A stretch of DNA of 63,497 nt, the filler included, from Octopus bimaculoides (Eukaryota), in assembly GCF_001194135.2 (NCBI RefSeq). It is 7 parts of 7 records of this genome, joined end to end, with 100 filler letters (N's around TTAATTAATTAA, not from the genome) between each part and the next. Parts side by side here need not be neighbours in the genome. Positions count along the whole stretch, not along the records: positions 15,404 to 25,139 come from NC_068994.1; positions 25,240 to 34,457 come from NC_068987.1; positions 34,558 to 37,250 come from NC_069006.1; positions 37,351 to 56,588 come from NC_068986.1; 3 more parts are not named here. The stretch is one strand, 5' to 3'. The position numbers were made by a program, and so were the translations under genes. Positions 24,600 to 37,445 of the stretch are shown in pieces (the first letter of the stretch is position 1; the number at the start of each line of letters is the position of its first letter). The notes under the pieces were generated by a model that was not told the DNA's origin, did not search any database, and worked only from the letters and a program-made list of their open reading frames with translations.

Positions 24600-25139
24600 A
24601 GTGAGAGAGCAGAGCATGCCATCAAAGTGACACTGGGGTAAAATATACGAAGCCCATTATACCCATCATGACTACCCGTCTGATAAGAGTACACCAGGCA
24701 CATGCATCACAACCATATGTACGCGACATTGTGATCTCATATCAAGATAAACAGCGCATGACCTCGTAGGTGGGGTCCAGTTAGAATTTTCTCCAGGTCA
24801 AGTAGCCAATCCCGCTCAAAAGGTCCCTGAATAAGGTTTGTTTAAGGATGTTGAGCAAAGCACCCATGTTTCCAGAGGTGAATTATTCAAACCCCAAAGA
24901 ATTCCTCTCAACACATGGCTATGATGCTCCCCCACTACTTCTGCTCATGATCAGAGATGCACATATCGTCAGCCACCAAGGGACATGCTCAACTGGTTAA
25001 GGTCAAACAACTGACAAGTAAATCTGTGGTATTGAGCAGAATATTTGCTGTAGCCCATCTTTTTATACCAAGACAAAACAATGTACATGATAACACTTCC
25101 AATCAATTAAGATCAGAAGTCATGAGAGCCACTGCCTGG
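24598..25139 (-). mobile_element. 3' non-coding end of an (AAT)n-tailed retroposon, unclassified
   Basis: Complex, GC-richer block whose minus strand ends ...GATGGCATGCTCTGCTCTCTCACTC(AAT)n; cut by a gap at 25140. Confidence 0.5.
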
Positions 25140-25239
25140 NNNNNNNNNNNNNNNNNNNNNNNNNNNNNNNNNNNNNNNNNNNNTTAATTAATTAANNNNN
25201 NNNNNNNNNNNNNNNNNNNNNNNNNNNNNNNNNNNNNNN

Positions 25240-25318
<79 letters not shown>

Positions 25319-26598
25319 GCTGCTTGCATGTAACGTCTGTGTTTGTGCAATGCGTATATGAAATTCTTGTATGTTAGGAGTGTAAGTAGGATTGTGTAGA
25401 AGAATCGAACGTACATATCTAATGAGTTGAGTGGGGAGGCATGTAAATGTATGTGAGAATGTGCGCGGGGGTGATGTGTAGGTAGATGTGTGTGGATGAT
25501 ATAGAAATGTAAAGCGGTAGTGTAAAATATGAGTGAAAATGCTTGGGCAATGTGCGCACGATTATAAGTGGAATTGAAGTATGTGTACGCATGTGCATAT
25601 GTATGAAAACCCGCAATACACACACACACATATATATTTATGTGCTTATACATACATAAGGCTATATATAAATAAATATGTATATACATGTATATGTATA
25701 CACACATATATGCATATATATCTATATTTGTATCGATACATATATATATATATATATATATATANNNNNNNNNNNNNNNNNNNNNNNNNNNNNNNNNNNN
25801 NNNNNNNNNNNNNNNNNNNNNNNNNNNNNNNNNNNNNNNNNNNNNNNNNNNNNNNNNNNNNNNNNNNNNNNNNNNNNNNNNNNNNNNNNNNNNNNNNNNN
25901 NNNNNNNNNNNNNNNNNNNNNNNNNNNNNNNNNNNNNNNNNNNNNNNNNNNNNNNNNNNNNNNNNNNNNNNNNNNNNNNNNNNNNNNNNNNNNNNNNNNN
26001 NNNNNNNNNNNNNNNNNNNNNNNNNNNNNNNNNNNNNNNNNNNNNNNNNNNNNNNNNNNNNNNNNNNNNNNNNNNNNNNNNNNNNNNNNNNNNNNNNNNN
26101 NNNNNNNNNNNNNNNNNNNNNNNNNNNNNNNNNNNNNNNNNNNNNNNNNNNNNNNNNNNNNNNNNNNNNNNNNNNNNNNNNNNNNNNNNNNNNNNNNNNN
26201 NNNNNNNNNNNNNNNNNNNNNNNNNNNNNNNNNNNNNNNNNNNNNNNNNNNNNNNNNNNNNNNNNNNNNNNNNNNNNNNNNNNNNNNNNNNNNNNNNNNN
26301 NNNNNNNNNNNNNNNNNNNNNNNNNNNNNNNNNNNNNNNNNNNNNNNNNNNNNNNNNNNNNNNNNNNNNNNNNNNNNNNNNNNNNNNNNNNNNNNNNNNN
26401 NNNNNNNNNNNNNNNNNNNNNNNNNNNNNNNNNNNNNNNNNNNNNNNNNNNNNNNNNNNNNNNNNNNNNNNNNNNNNNNNNNNNNNNNNNNNNNNNNNNN
26501 NNNNNNNNNNNNNNNNNNNNNNNNNNNNNNNNNNNNNNNNNNNNNNNNNNNNNNNNNNNNNNNNNNNNNNNNNNNNNNNNNNNNNNNNNNNNNNNNNN

Positions 26599-26684
<86 letters not shown>

Positions 26685-27161
26685 ATAGAAAGAAACATAC
26701 ATACATACATACATACATTTGAAAGTGAGAAACAGAGAGCCAATATGAGATGGAAAGACAGGGAGGGATGAGAATAAAAAGATATATAATGATACAGATC
26801 GGGAAGAGAAACAAAAGAATGGAGAGAAAGAGAGACGTTAAAGAAGAGAGATGAAGGTGAAAGACAGTGGAAATTGGACGCGTCATGTTGAGAAGAAGTT
26901 CAAAATGAGAAACCGAGAGAAAAGTTTGGAGTCCAGTTCTGAGAGTAGCAAGAATAAGAAAGACAAACAGAACAAAGTACGCATACAAAAAAGTTAAAGT
27001 AATTAATGCGTATCTATGACATAATTATGCAGAGTGCAGTGAGGAAGAAAGAGTAGTTGATACACACACATGCATACATGTATATGTATCAATATATGAA
27101 TGTATGTGTAGATTATGCATGTATGATGCATGTATATATAGATGTGTACACACACACACAG

Positions 27162-27200
<39 letters not shown>

Positions 27201-27472
27201 AATGTATATATACATATATACATGTATATATGTACATACATATATGTGTACATGAGTAGGTATATATATGTATATATGTCTATATATANNNNNNNNNNNN
27301 NNNNNNNNNNNNNNNNNNNNNNNNNNNNNNNNNNNNNNNNNNNNNNNNNNNNNNNNNNNNNNNNNNNNNNNNNNNNNNNNNNNNNNNNNNNNNNNNNNNN
27401 NNNNNNNNNNNNNNNNNNNNNNNNNNNNNNNNNNNNNNNNNNNNNNNNNNNNNNNNNNNNNNNNNNNNNNNN

Positions 27473-27507
<35 letters not shown>

Positions 27508-27762
27508 GTATGTAGGTATGTATGAACTTAGAAAGGGGAAAAAAGAGTTAAAGGCGTGAAAGAATGGATATGCTATAATTATAAATATTATCATATATCA
27601 TTAAATTGAAGTAGAATATATAAAATCACTGCGAAAAGCTGAAATAAAACGTCATCAACAGAAACTCTAAGAGTAGCAGCAGCAGCATCACGACTACCGA
27701 TAGTCTTTATGTAACCAGCAAAAATATATGCAGAATTAGAAGAAGAAGAATAACGTTTTATG

Positions 27763-27994
27763 TAATAATAATAATAATAATGGTTTCAATTTTCCCACAA
27801 GGGTAGTAGTTTTGGGGGAGGGGATGAGTCGATTACATCGACCCCGGTGTTCAACTGTTGATTATTTTATTGACACCGAAAGGGTGAGAAGTAAGTCGAC
27901 TTCGGCGGAATTTGAACTCAGAACGTAGTGACTGACGAAATACGGCTAAGCATTCCGTCCGGCGCGCTAACGATTCTGCCAGCTCACTGCCTTG
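27763..27994 (-). mobile_element. SINE family B (tail type 2)
   Basis: Head AAGGCAGTGAGCTGGCAGAATCGTTAGC (A-box) ... GAGTTCAAATTCCGCC (B-box); body GTCGATGTAATCGAC. Confidence 0.85.
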
Positions 27995-28006
27995 ATGATG
28001 ATGATG

Positions 28007-28048
<42 letters not shown>

Positions 28049-28072
28049 GTGACAATGTTGACGCCAACGACT

Positions 28073-28130
<58 letters not shown>

Positions 28131-28155
28131 CGATATTGATGATAATGATGATGAC
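27994..28155. repeat. Compound (GAT)n/(AAT)n microsatellite
   Basis: Direct reading. Confidence 0.95.
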
Positions 28156-29689
28156 ATTTTGCTTGCCACGGTGGCATCAGAAGTAGCGCGTCAGTCTCGT
28201 TATCCAAAATAATATTAATAAAAATAATTGTCATTAATTGGCAACAGGAATTTTCTATGACTTCCACACCTCTTCAGTTGGCGCTCCTTCTAGTTCTTCT
28301 AGTACTTACTTATTCTGTTATTCATTTCCGACCCTCTTCAGCTTTCATTCGATGCTATTTTGACCTCTGGCGCCTTGTTCTATTTGTAGCAGCACATAGG
28401 TAGGTGATTAGTGCAGTAATGATCAGGAAATATATATCAAGATGCAATATCATCATGTATTTCTACATATTTATGAACCTTGAACAACACAAAATGCATA
28501 AAAATTTATATATAAAAAAACACAATGACGAAAACAATGTAGGACTATAAAAAGGAATATGAACTAAAATTGAACGAAATCTATTTGAACGAGATCGGCG
28601 TTCTACACAATCCTATCCCCTTGTAATGCTATCGTTTTTTTTTTGATATCGGTGGGATCCGTGCCTTTTATTTTATTTATTTATTTATTTATTTATTTAT
28701 TACTGCATACAGAGAACCAATTTCCTTACTAATCTCTATTGACTATGAGATGGTGAGTGACAAGCTTATACTTACACATCTTAGTCACTTTCTCCCTGCC
28801 CACTTTCTACAGCTCTTATGTAAAAACTCCAAGCATTAAAATGCACTGGCAAGCATTTTGTAGAACCGAAGATGGCAGGGGGGCACCCTAAGTGAAATGC
28901 AATAATAACAGATAATACTTTAAGAAATATAGTCGAACGAAACACTCAAGAAATACAAAACATGTCTTTTATGAAGCGAATCGATATGCACATTGGGCAA
29001 ACCGACTACATGCGTTGATCATAGCACATTGCAGTCATGATTACATATTATCTCCAACACTTTGATGTACTCTTTCAGCCTAATTCTTAAATCATTCCTC
29101 CGGAATTCTTTAGTTAAAATGAGGTGTTATATTTCTCAGTGTCTTTTACCAGCAATTTGTAGTAAGGGCTCTATAGTCTCAGCCTATGCGTTTCACTTCA
29201 ATCTGCATTCCGTCTCCAAATTCGTTTTGCATGTTATCTAATTCTGTTAACAGTAATTTCTTGATTATGTTAATTGCTGTGATCTTACTATCCAAGAATG
29301 AAGTGGCTTCATGCTCACAGGAGAATCTTCCCTCCACAGGGGATGAATTTCCCTTCACGTCTTGATTACGTTGATGAGATCGATTTTATTTTTAATTTTT
29401 TAGTTGGAGACATTTTCCGTCTTAAGTTTTTTTTTTTCTTTTTTTGTCTTCTGTAAAACATTACCAATCTGGTTAAACCTGCATCTAGTCTCCATCGAGT
29501 AATAATGCTGAAACATCCCCTTCATACTGTACAATATATTTATTTATATGTTTATCTGAGTAGATATAATGGTAACAGTGGCAGTGGCGATGGCGATAGG
29601 ACTGGGGGAGATGGTGGCAGTGGTGGCGAGTGTTGTATGATGCTGGCATTGATCGTTAGTATGATTTTTTTCAGTGACTATAATAATGA

Positions 29690-29904
29690 TTTCAAATTTT
29701 GGCCCAAAGCCAGCAATTTCGGAGGCGGCGGGGATAAGTCGATTACACCAACCCCAGTGATCAACTGGTACTTATTTTATCGGCCCCTACAGCACGGAAG
29801 GCAAGGTCGACCTGTGCGGAATTTAAACTCAGAACATAAAGACGGAGGAAAAGCTGCTAATCATTTTGTCTGGCTGGCTGACGATTCTGCCCGCTCGCTG
29901 CTTT
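29690..29904 (-). mobile_element. SINE family B (tail type 2)
   Basis: Collinear with 27763-27994. Confidence 0.8.
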
Positions 29905-30055
29905 AACTCAGTGAATGGTACTTTTTTTATGAATATGATAATGGTACTTTCTTTAACGATGGTTATCGTGATGATGGTGACATTATCATATTCATAAAAA
30001 AAGTACCATTCTTATATTCACTGAGTTAAAGAAGCGAGCGGGCAGAATCGTTAGC
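29877..30055. repeat. Fold-back inverted duplication of a SINE head plus flank (arms about 29877-29943 and 29981-30055)
   Basis: ACGATTCTGCCCGCTCGCT.CTTTAACTCAGTGAAT..GGTACTTTTTTTATGAATATGATAATG is present in both orientations. Confidence 0.9.
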
Positions 30056-30903
30056 AGATAACGATATTTGCGATGCAGATAACTGGTATGATTGTGGAGA
30101 TGGTGGTACTTTGTGTTTGACTGTTATATTGGTAGAGCTCGTTATTGTTTTAGTAGTTGATGTAGTAGAGGAAAACGTGTTGGTAGAATTTGTAGATGGG
30201 TAGGGTGTCAAAAAAAAAAAACAAATATAATTTTTTTAATGAACGGACAAAGAATCCCAATGGGATTTATGGAATTAAAATAATCGAAATTCTTCAACTG
30301 ATCTTTGATAAAGGGTTGTAATGGGAGACTATGGCGTAGAATGAAATGACTGGTACAGAAAGAGAGGTGAGAAACAATTAGGAGTAACGGGTGATTATAG
30401 GAAAAGAAAAGAAGAAGTATAGAAAGGCAATATGTATTTTAATAAACGAAGTCGAAACGAAGCTAAAAGTAAACATTTGTCCATAAGAGAAAATTTAAGC
30501 CGTAAAAGAGGATTAAACCTTAAAGAAAACCAAAAAGCAACAGTGGAAGTGACGGTAGCAGAGATATGAACTTTGGCAATGCCTTTTACCTCAAGAACTA
30601 AGCTTACGTGAAAGAAACAAATCAAATAGTTTCTATGGTAGTTTGGGAATGTTAGAATGTGTTATGACCTTGAATCATGCATTGATATCCACTTGAAGTG
30701 TGAAGATATTTGAATCACTCCCAGAATTACTGTTCCTAAATTCGATACTGTACTACATTATGCATGTCAGATTATTATACTGTACAGGTCTTGTGACTAA
30801 CACACGCACACAATCTAGTAGTATATACACATTGCTATACAACGCTTATAATCTTGTTCTGCCTCCCTCTGTCTATCTTTCTTTCTCACACAAATGCACA
30901 AAC

Positions 30904-30949
<46 letters not shown>

Positions 30950-32005
30950 TCACACACTCACTTGCAAACACACATACACACACAAATTTCTTGCAACGTA
31001 AACATCAACAACATCGCTGATAATGACAAGATTTATCGCAATAATCATCCATATTCTCGATGCCAGAGGGAAGGATAAACTAATACTGCTATTTTTATGT
31101 GGACTTGTGATCTGCTAGAATTAACACCCAAATAGCGTTCAAACAGTTTCCAACGATATTAAAGAAGTCAAGAAAAATATATGAACAATTTAATTTTGAA
31201 CACATATTATTCGAAACCTTATCCGTGCCGGACACGGTTGAACCATTAATCGACCAATAAAAGTATGTTTGTCCGATCAAGGCTGGCTGACCGAGACAAG
31301 ACTGCAACAGACGAATAAAAACTTAAAAATAAAAACGCAAGGAAAAAGAGAAAAGAAAAGAAAATTGAGAAAATTTCTAAAACAATAAATTATATAGCCA
31401 AACACACAGAGAAGGTAAAATGGCATTAAAACTCATTTATATTCAACAGCACAGTAAGCTGTTCTACATAACTACGGTGTATGGCCCTATTAATTAGCAA
31501 TAGAATATTATTAGTATTTAAAATTCTGAGCAAAGATTCCTGGAATATTCTTGATCTTTGCTTCTAATGGAAGACAGTCAGGAATAGAAAGTCAAATTAA
31601 AAGTGGTATTCGTCCGTAGATAATATCTCTTATGTACGTATCGTGTTTAAGGATACAAAAATATCAGTGCAGATGAAAATTCTGAAATTGTAGTATGGTA
31701 CACGGGGGGCTATTTTAATATAATACTGTTTTGTTGTATATAATGCGTATGTTTTCAATCGGATGTCTAATTGCAACATTGGTGATTTTCAATCAAGCTT
31801 TTCTTACATCAGTAATGACAGATTCTGTTTTATTATGGGTTTGCTGGTCCTGCACGGTAGTGTCGACGGGCAGCGAGGCAGATATGCGCATCTACCATTC
31901 TTACCGCCACTGTCGAATGAGTTTCGTCTGATACACTTATATACATGTGTCTGTGTGTGAGCGAGTGAGTGAGTGAGTGTGTGTGAGTGTGTGTGTATGT
32001 GTGCG

Positions 32006-32044
<39 letters not shown>

Positions 32045-32197
32045 NNNNNNNNNNNNNNNNNNNNNNNNNNNNNNNNNNNNNNNNNNNNNNNNNNNNNNNN
32101 NNNNNNNNNNNNNNNNNNNNNNNNNNNNNNNNNNNNNNNNNNNNNNNNNNNNNNNNNNNNNNNNNNNNNNNNNNNNNNNNNNNNNNNNNNNNNNNNN

Positions 32198-32237
<40 letters not shown>

Positions 32238-32279
32238 CAAAATAAAACATCGATTCCGTATACTAATCTATGTATTATT

Positions 32280-33144
32280 CAGCGGGTTCAGCTTAATTTG
32301 AGTTCCTATCAAAGGAAAATGGAATACATTATCCATCCACGAATAAAAGGAAAAAATAAAAAAAATATCAATGAAATTATGGTTGGGTTTTAATAGTGTA
32401 CTGAAGAATATATTCGTCCTCAGCTTCATTACATCCTCAAGACGGTTCCGGAATCTGGTGCATGTCTTTCTTACTGTGTACCTGGAAAGATCTTCGAACA
32501 CCTCCTTAATCGTGGCCACCAGCTCGGTTTCAGGTACAACATTTAGTGTGTTTCTCATCCGTGGCGCCACGTAGTAATTCAAGGGATTACAATCGGAAGA
32601 AGGACGTGAAAGAAATTGAGGCTCGTGAAGTAGAAGTTCTCTGACAAATACTTCTGACATTTGTGGAGATATGCCAAGGAGCTGAATCCTGAGGCTCACA
32701 TATAACCTTCCATCAGCAGCCCTTTCCAGAGAGAGAGAGATTCATCACTATCTTCAGCAACTTCACGCACCGTAAGAATTGAACCTAAATCCATGTTCAA
32801 TGATGCGGAGACGCAGTCAGAACGTCTGCTGTGTCCCTTCCAGCTGTCCACAGTTTCGAAATCTACGTTAAAGCTGTCCATGTCAGATCAATAAACCCTT
32901 ACATAGAGCACTGAGCAGCAGTCTTGATGTCATCATTTTGATACCCGGCGCGAATAAACTTGATACAGGTATCTTTTTTCCAACATCCAGATGCTTTCTT
33001 GTCTTCCATATCATCTAAATTTTTCTCAACTTCAACTTCGATCCTTATCATCTCTACTACCGACACCTGTTCACTAATACATCAAGCTGCTCTTAAAGAA
33101 AAAAAGACTACCTAAAGATCATGAAATGTCGAGCAAACATCCTG
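32280..33144 (-). mobile_element. Tc1/mariner DD37D (maT)-like element, internally deleted
   Basis: QDSAPWH, CQKYLSENFY, SDCNPLNYYV, TVRKTCTRFRNRLE; possible degenerate CAGG termini with TA at 33145. Confidence 0.75.
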
Positions 33145-33757
33145 TACTTAACATGTACAGTTTTGCTTTAATTAAAGCTTCACATCTGTCAAGTGTAGGA
33201 CTTGGAAATGGAAACATATAACATAGTAAATGTACAATACATCCATTAAAGAATTGGAACGAGTTAACCGTCACTCGAACTAATTCAAACGCCTTGCTGG
33301 ACAGTTTTATCTTTAGATTTTTAATGCAAATATAATTAATATCCCCAATGTAAGACTAAAATAAGATTATGCTTATTTATCATTTTTGCTTTCATTATTT
33401 TCAATAAACTAAAAACGTTTTGGATGCACTTTGACGCCGGTGTTATTGGTCTAACTATACATATCACCCACCAAACCAGAACTGTATCATATACGTATTA
33501 ACTAGTTCGCTAATTCCCAATGGAGCATCACTGCTTTCTTTTCCTGTGTGAAAGCATAATTGTTTCCAGTTTATAAGAATACTTATTAAACATAGCATGT
33601 TTGTCACCACGGATGGTTGCCAGGATGACAACCAATCAGTAAAGATGAGGAGACGGTATGAATAATCAATGTGGTGTTGGAGTTATTATTACATCTCTGA
33701 TTTTCTCATCCACCCTTGAGATCTGCAGTGATTATAGCCTGTAATAGTTTCCTATTT

Positions 33758-33985
33758 CATTATTGCCCACAAGGGGCTAAACATAGAGGGAACAAACAAG
33801 GACAGACAACGGGTTTAAGTCGATTACATCGACCCCAGTGCGTAACTGGTACTTAATTTATCGACCCCGAAAGGATGAAAGGCAAAGTTGACCTCGGCGG
33901 AATTTGAACTCAGAACGTAACGGCAGACGAAATACGGATAAGCATTTCGCCTGGCGTGCTAACATTTCTGCCAGCTCGCCGCCTT
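33758..33985 (-). mobile_element. SINE family B (tail type 1), near complete
   Basis: Intact A/B boxes; tail TTGTCTGTCCTTGTTTGTTCCCTCTATGTTTAGCCCCTTGTGGGCAATAA. Confidence 0.9.
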
Positions 33986-34036
33986 GTAATAATTTCCTTC
34001 ACGAATTACACACACACATACACACACATATACATA

Positions 34037-34254
34037 TTGGGTTGTCCGGAAAGTTCGTGCCGATTTTAAAAAGAAAGGAAAATGTCAATAAATACATTTT
34101 TATTCAATCAAATATGAACCATTCTGTTGCACAATGTGTCTCCATCTTTCCATTAATTTGAAAATACTCTCTTCCCAGGATTGAGGTCGTTTCATGGCAA
34201 ATAAGTCGAAAGGTAAGCTACGATAAATCGGCACGAACTTTCCGGACATCCCAA
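34037..34254 (-). mobile_element. 218-bp mariner-derived MITE
   Basis: 30-bp TIRs TTGGG(T/A)TGTCCGGAAAGTTCGTGCCGATTT with one mismatch, TA on both sides; retains the transposase tail GIxKLxERW-like EESIFKLMERWRHIVQQNGSYL. Confidence 0.92.
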
Positions 34255-34949
34255 TATATACATCTCTACTACAATTTGTTATTATCAATTGCTATTTGCT
34301 TTAGAAGAGTGGATTCTGTTGGAATGGTGACAATTATGCACCAGCTATTTCTTGTGCAATATTAAAACGAATGTAACTACAGTTATAAATGTTACTTATG
34401 CATATACATACATGCATAAATACATGCATTGATACAGACACACAGATATATATATATNNNNNNNNNNNNNNNNNNNNNNNNNNNNNNNNNNNNNNNNNNN
34501 NTTAATTAATTAANNNNNNNNNNNNNNNNNNNNNNNNNNNNNNNNNNNNNNNNNNNNTATATATATATATACATACATACGTACATATAAATACACACAC
34601 ACACATAAATATATATATATATGTATATATGTATGTATATATGTATGCATATGTGTGTCTATATATGTGAGTAGATATATGTACATACACACACACATAT
34701 ATACATGAATATATAAACACATGCACATATATAAATTGAGAGAGAGAGAGAGAAAGAGACAGAGTGTCGTGGATACGTGTGGAAGTTGAAGATCCGTTAC
34801 ACACCTTACACGCTATTTATTTATTTATTTATTTATGAGTTTCAGCCAAGTGGCTGTGGTCATGCTGGAGCACCACCGTGATTTTCCGTCTTTATGCTGT
34901 GCTCTCTTCACGTTCCTTACATGGCTCTTCTCCTCCACCTGATATAGTC

Positions 34950-35445
34950 CAATCAAGAGTTTTGATGGCACATCTGGTGTATAAGAGAATTTGACATCGC
35001 TGCCCTAAACTGTGTCTCATTTCGAGCCATTGGTTCATCTGTAATCGTGGAGAGGAAAGCGTCGAGTTTTGTCTTGAAGACCTCTATATCCATGTCTTGN
35101 NNNNNNNNNNNNNNNNNNNNNNNNNNNNNNNNNNNNNNNNNNNNNNNNNNNNNNNNNNNNNNGCCAAAGTTTGGCACCAGTCCTTCCAGTATTTTCCATA
35201 TGTATATTATTACATATCTCTCCCGCCTGCGCTCCAGGGAGTAGAGACCTAGTGCCTTCAGTCGCTCCCTGTAGTTCATCTGTTGGACTGTGGCGATCTT
35301 TTTTGTATAGTGACGCTGAATTGCCTCGAGTTCTGCTGTCCGCTTGACACTGAGTGGTGACCACAACTGAGAGCAATAGTCTAGGCGGCTCAGAACAAAT
35401 GTCTTCCATAGAGTCAACATGACTTTTTGATCCCTTGTACGGATA
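34950..35445 (-). mobile_element. CR1-type LINE 3' fragment
   Basis: LWKTFVLSRLDYCSQLWSP...LEAIQR..TK...LKALGLYSLERRRERY...FKTKLDAFL. Confidence 0.9.
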
Positions 35446-35595
35446 AACATATATAAACATATATATATATAAACATATATATATATAAACATATATATGT
35501 AGGTAGGTAGGTAGGTAGGTATGTTTGTGTTTATATATATATACATATGTATGTATGCATATATGTATATGTATGTATATATGTATGTATATACA

Positions 35596-35920
35596 CAGGA
35601 TGTCCCAAAAATATATTCACACATTGATTGAATAGAAAATCAGTGTGTAAGTGTATATAAAAATAGATTTAATTTTCAAAATTTACGAGAATCCACAGAC
35701 AGAAATTTAAATTTTTATGAGCGATCCCTTTCAAACTGATGGCCATTCTGCTTATAATGTGAAGCAATCGGATCACAAACATCAAGAAGCATTTCATTAG
35801 GTATTTGTGTGCATTCTCTTTCGATAGCTGCCCCCAGTTTTTCGAATGTTGCTGGTTTTGTACCCTAAACTTTATCTCCTAAATATCTCCATGAAAAAAT
35901 GTCTAGTGGTGTGGGGTCAC
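35596..35920 (-). mobile_element. Tc1/mariner-superfamily (rosa/DD41D-like) 3' fragment
   Basis: Frameshifted LDIFSWRYLGDKVYGTKPAT...IEREC..IP...NGHQF; terminus CAGGATGTCCCAAAA at 35596. Confidence 0.6.
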
Positions 35921-36564
35921 TTGTGAGGTCTTTCATGAGCGATGCAGGTAACATAGAATTTGGTACAATCTGTTATATGGTTGGGTCGTTGATGACTAGA
36001 TTGGTGCCCCTACTAGGCTTGCCTAGTGAGGAGAGTTGCTAAAAACCCAGCAGGACTGAAAACAAGATCTTTAAAATGACGGATGAACCTAGTGTAGGTT
36101 CAACGACTATTTAGCAATAGCACAGACCCTCAGAAATTCAGAGTTGATGTCCGGCGCGCTGGACGGCCACTGGGAATGAGGTCACACCGATATAAAACCA
36201 GATATGCAAGGAATACCATTGAACATTTTAGGGCCCTTTTGCTTGTGCTTGAGATCATAATGCCCCCATATTTCTCATACTCCGACCCATATTGATACTG
36301 GATAACCTGCCTTGGCTTGTCTTTAGACCGGGTCAGTAGGGCAGAGAGGGTCTGTGTGGGGCTGTGCAAGCCTTATTGGACCTAAAATTTAAGGGTTGTG
36401 GAATGACCAGGAAGGCAGCTACTTGTTACCCCGGTAGCATGGAATACAGGAACTCGAACCTGGGAGACGTCTCACGTCCGGGCATTGCTGGCATGTTGCA
36501 TTGGTAATGGTCAGTGATTGTCTTCTTCTGTCACAAATGGACGACCATCAATGTGCGTATAGAT

Positions 36565-36780
36565 GTAAGGCAGCGAGCTGAAAGGATCGTTTGAACACCG
36601 GATAAAATGTTTAGCGGCATTTTATTCGTCTTTAGTTCTAAGTTCAGAAATCACCAAGGTTGACTTTGTCTTTCGTCCTTTCGGGGTCGATAAAATAAGT
36701 ACGAACTGAACAGTGGGGTCCATGTAACCGACTTACCCCCTCCCATGAAATTGCTGGCCTTGTGCCAAAAAATTAAAGCC
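36565..36780 (+). mobile_element. SINE family B (tail type 2)
   Basis: GTAAGGCAGCGAGCTG...CCTTTCGGGGTCGATAAAATAAGTAC...GGCCTTGTGCC. Confidence 0.8.
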
Positions 36781-36839
36781 CATTTATGTATATAAGTATG
36801 TGTGGAGTATGTGTGTATATTTGTATTATATATCTATAT

Positions 36840-37128
36840 ATCAAAATAAGCAACAAGGATATCCAGAGTAATGCAGTACGATCGTTTCAAGCAACTCCAT
36901 TTAATTGAAAAATGCAATCATTTCATCAATCTAAATGCAGAGCAATCCTCAGCTGCATAAAGCCATAGAATTAAATTGAATTAAAACAGATGGACACATT
37001 ACTATAAGTTTACCTAAAACCTCCACTTTAGCTTAGAGGCTACTAATGATTGCATTGTTTAATTAAATGGAGTTGCTTGAAACGATCGTACTGCATTACC
37101 TCTGGATATCCTTGTTGCTTATTTTGAT
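36840..37128. repeat. About 83-bp inverted repeat pair (36840-36922 and 37045-37128) with degenerate hammerhead motif; Penelope-like terminus
   Basis: The arms are reverse complements. Plus arm has CUAAUGA (37043) ... GAAAC-GAUC-GUA (37079-37090). Confidence 0.85.
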
Positions 37129-37445
37129 TTTAATCACCTTATTTTGAAATTGTATGGATAATACCGTACTAAATTCTGGCACCTCAACTTAAGTACCTAA
37201 TTCAACTGAATATAAATAAATTTTTGCTATATATATATATATATATATATNNNNNNNNNNNNNNNNNNNNNNNNNNNNNNNNNNNNNNNNNNNNTTAATT
37301 AATTAANNNNNNNNNNNNNNNNNNNNNNNNNNNNNNNNNNNNNNNNNNNNATATATTTATATATATATATATATAATATATATGTATGTATGCATTTCAT
37401 ATTTGATACATGAAATAAGTATATATGATGTATGAATGTTATGTA

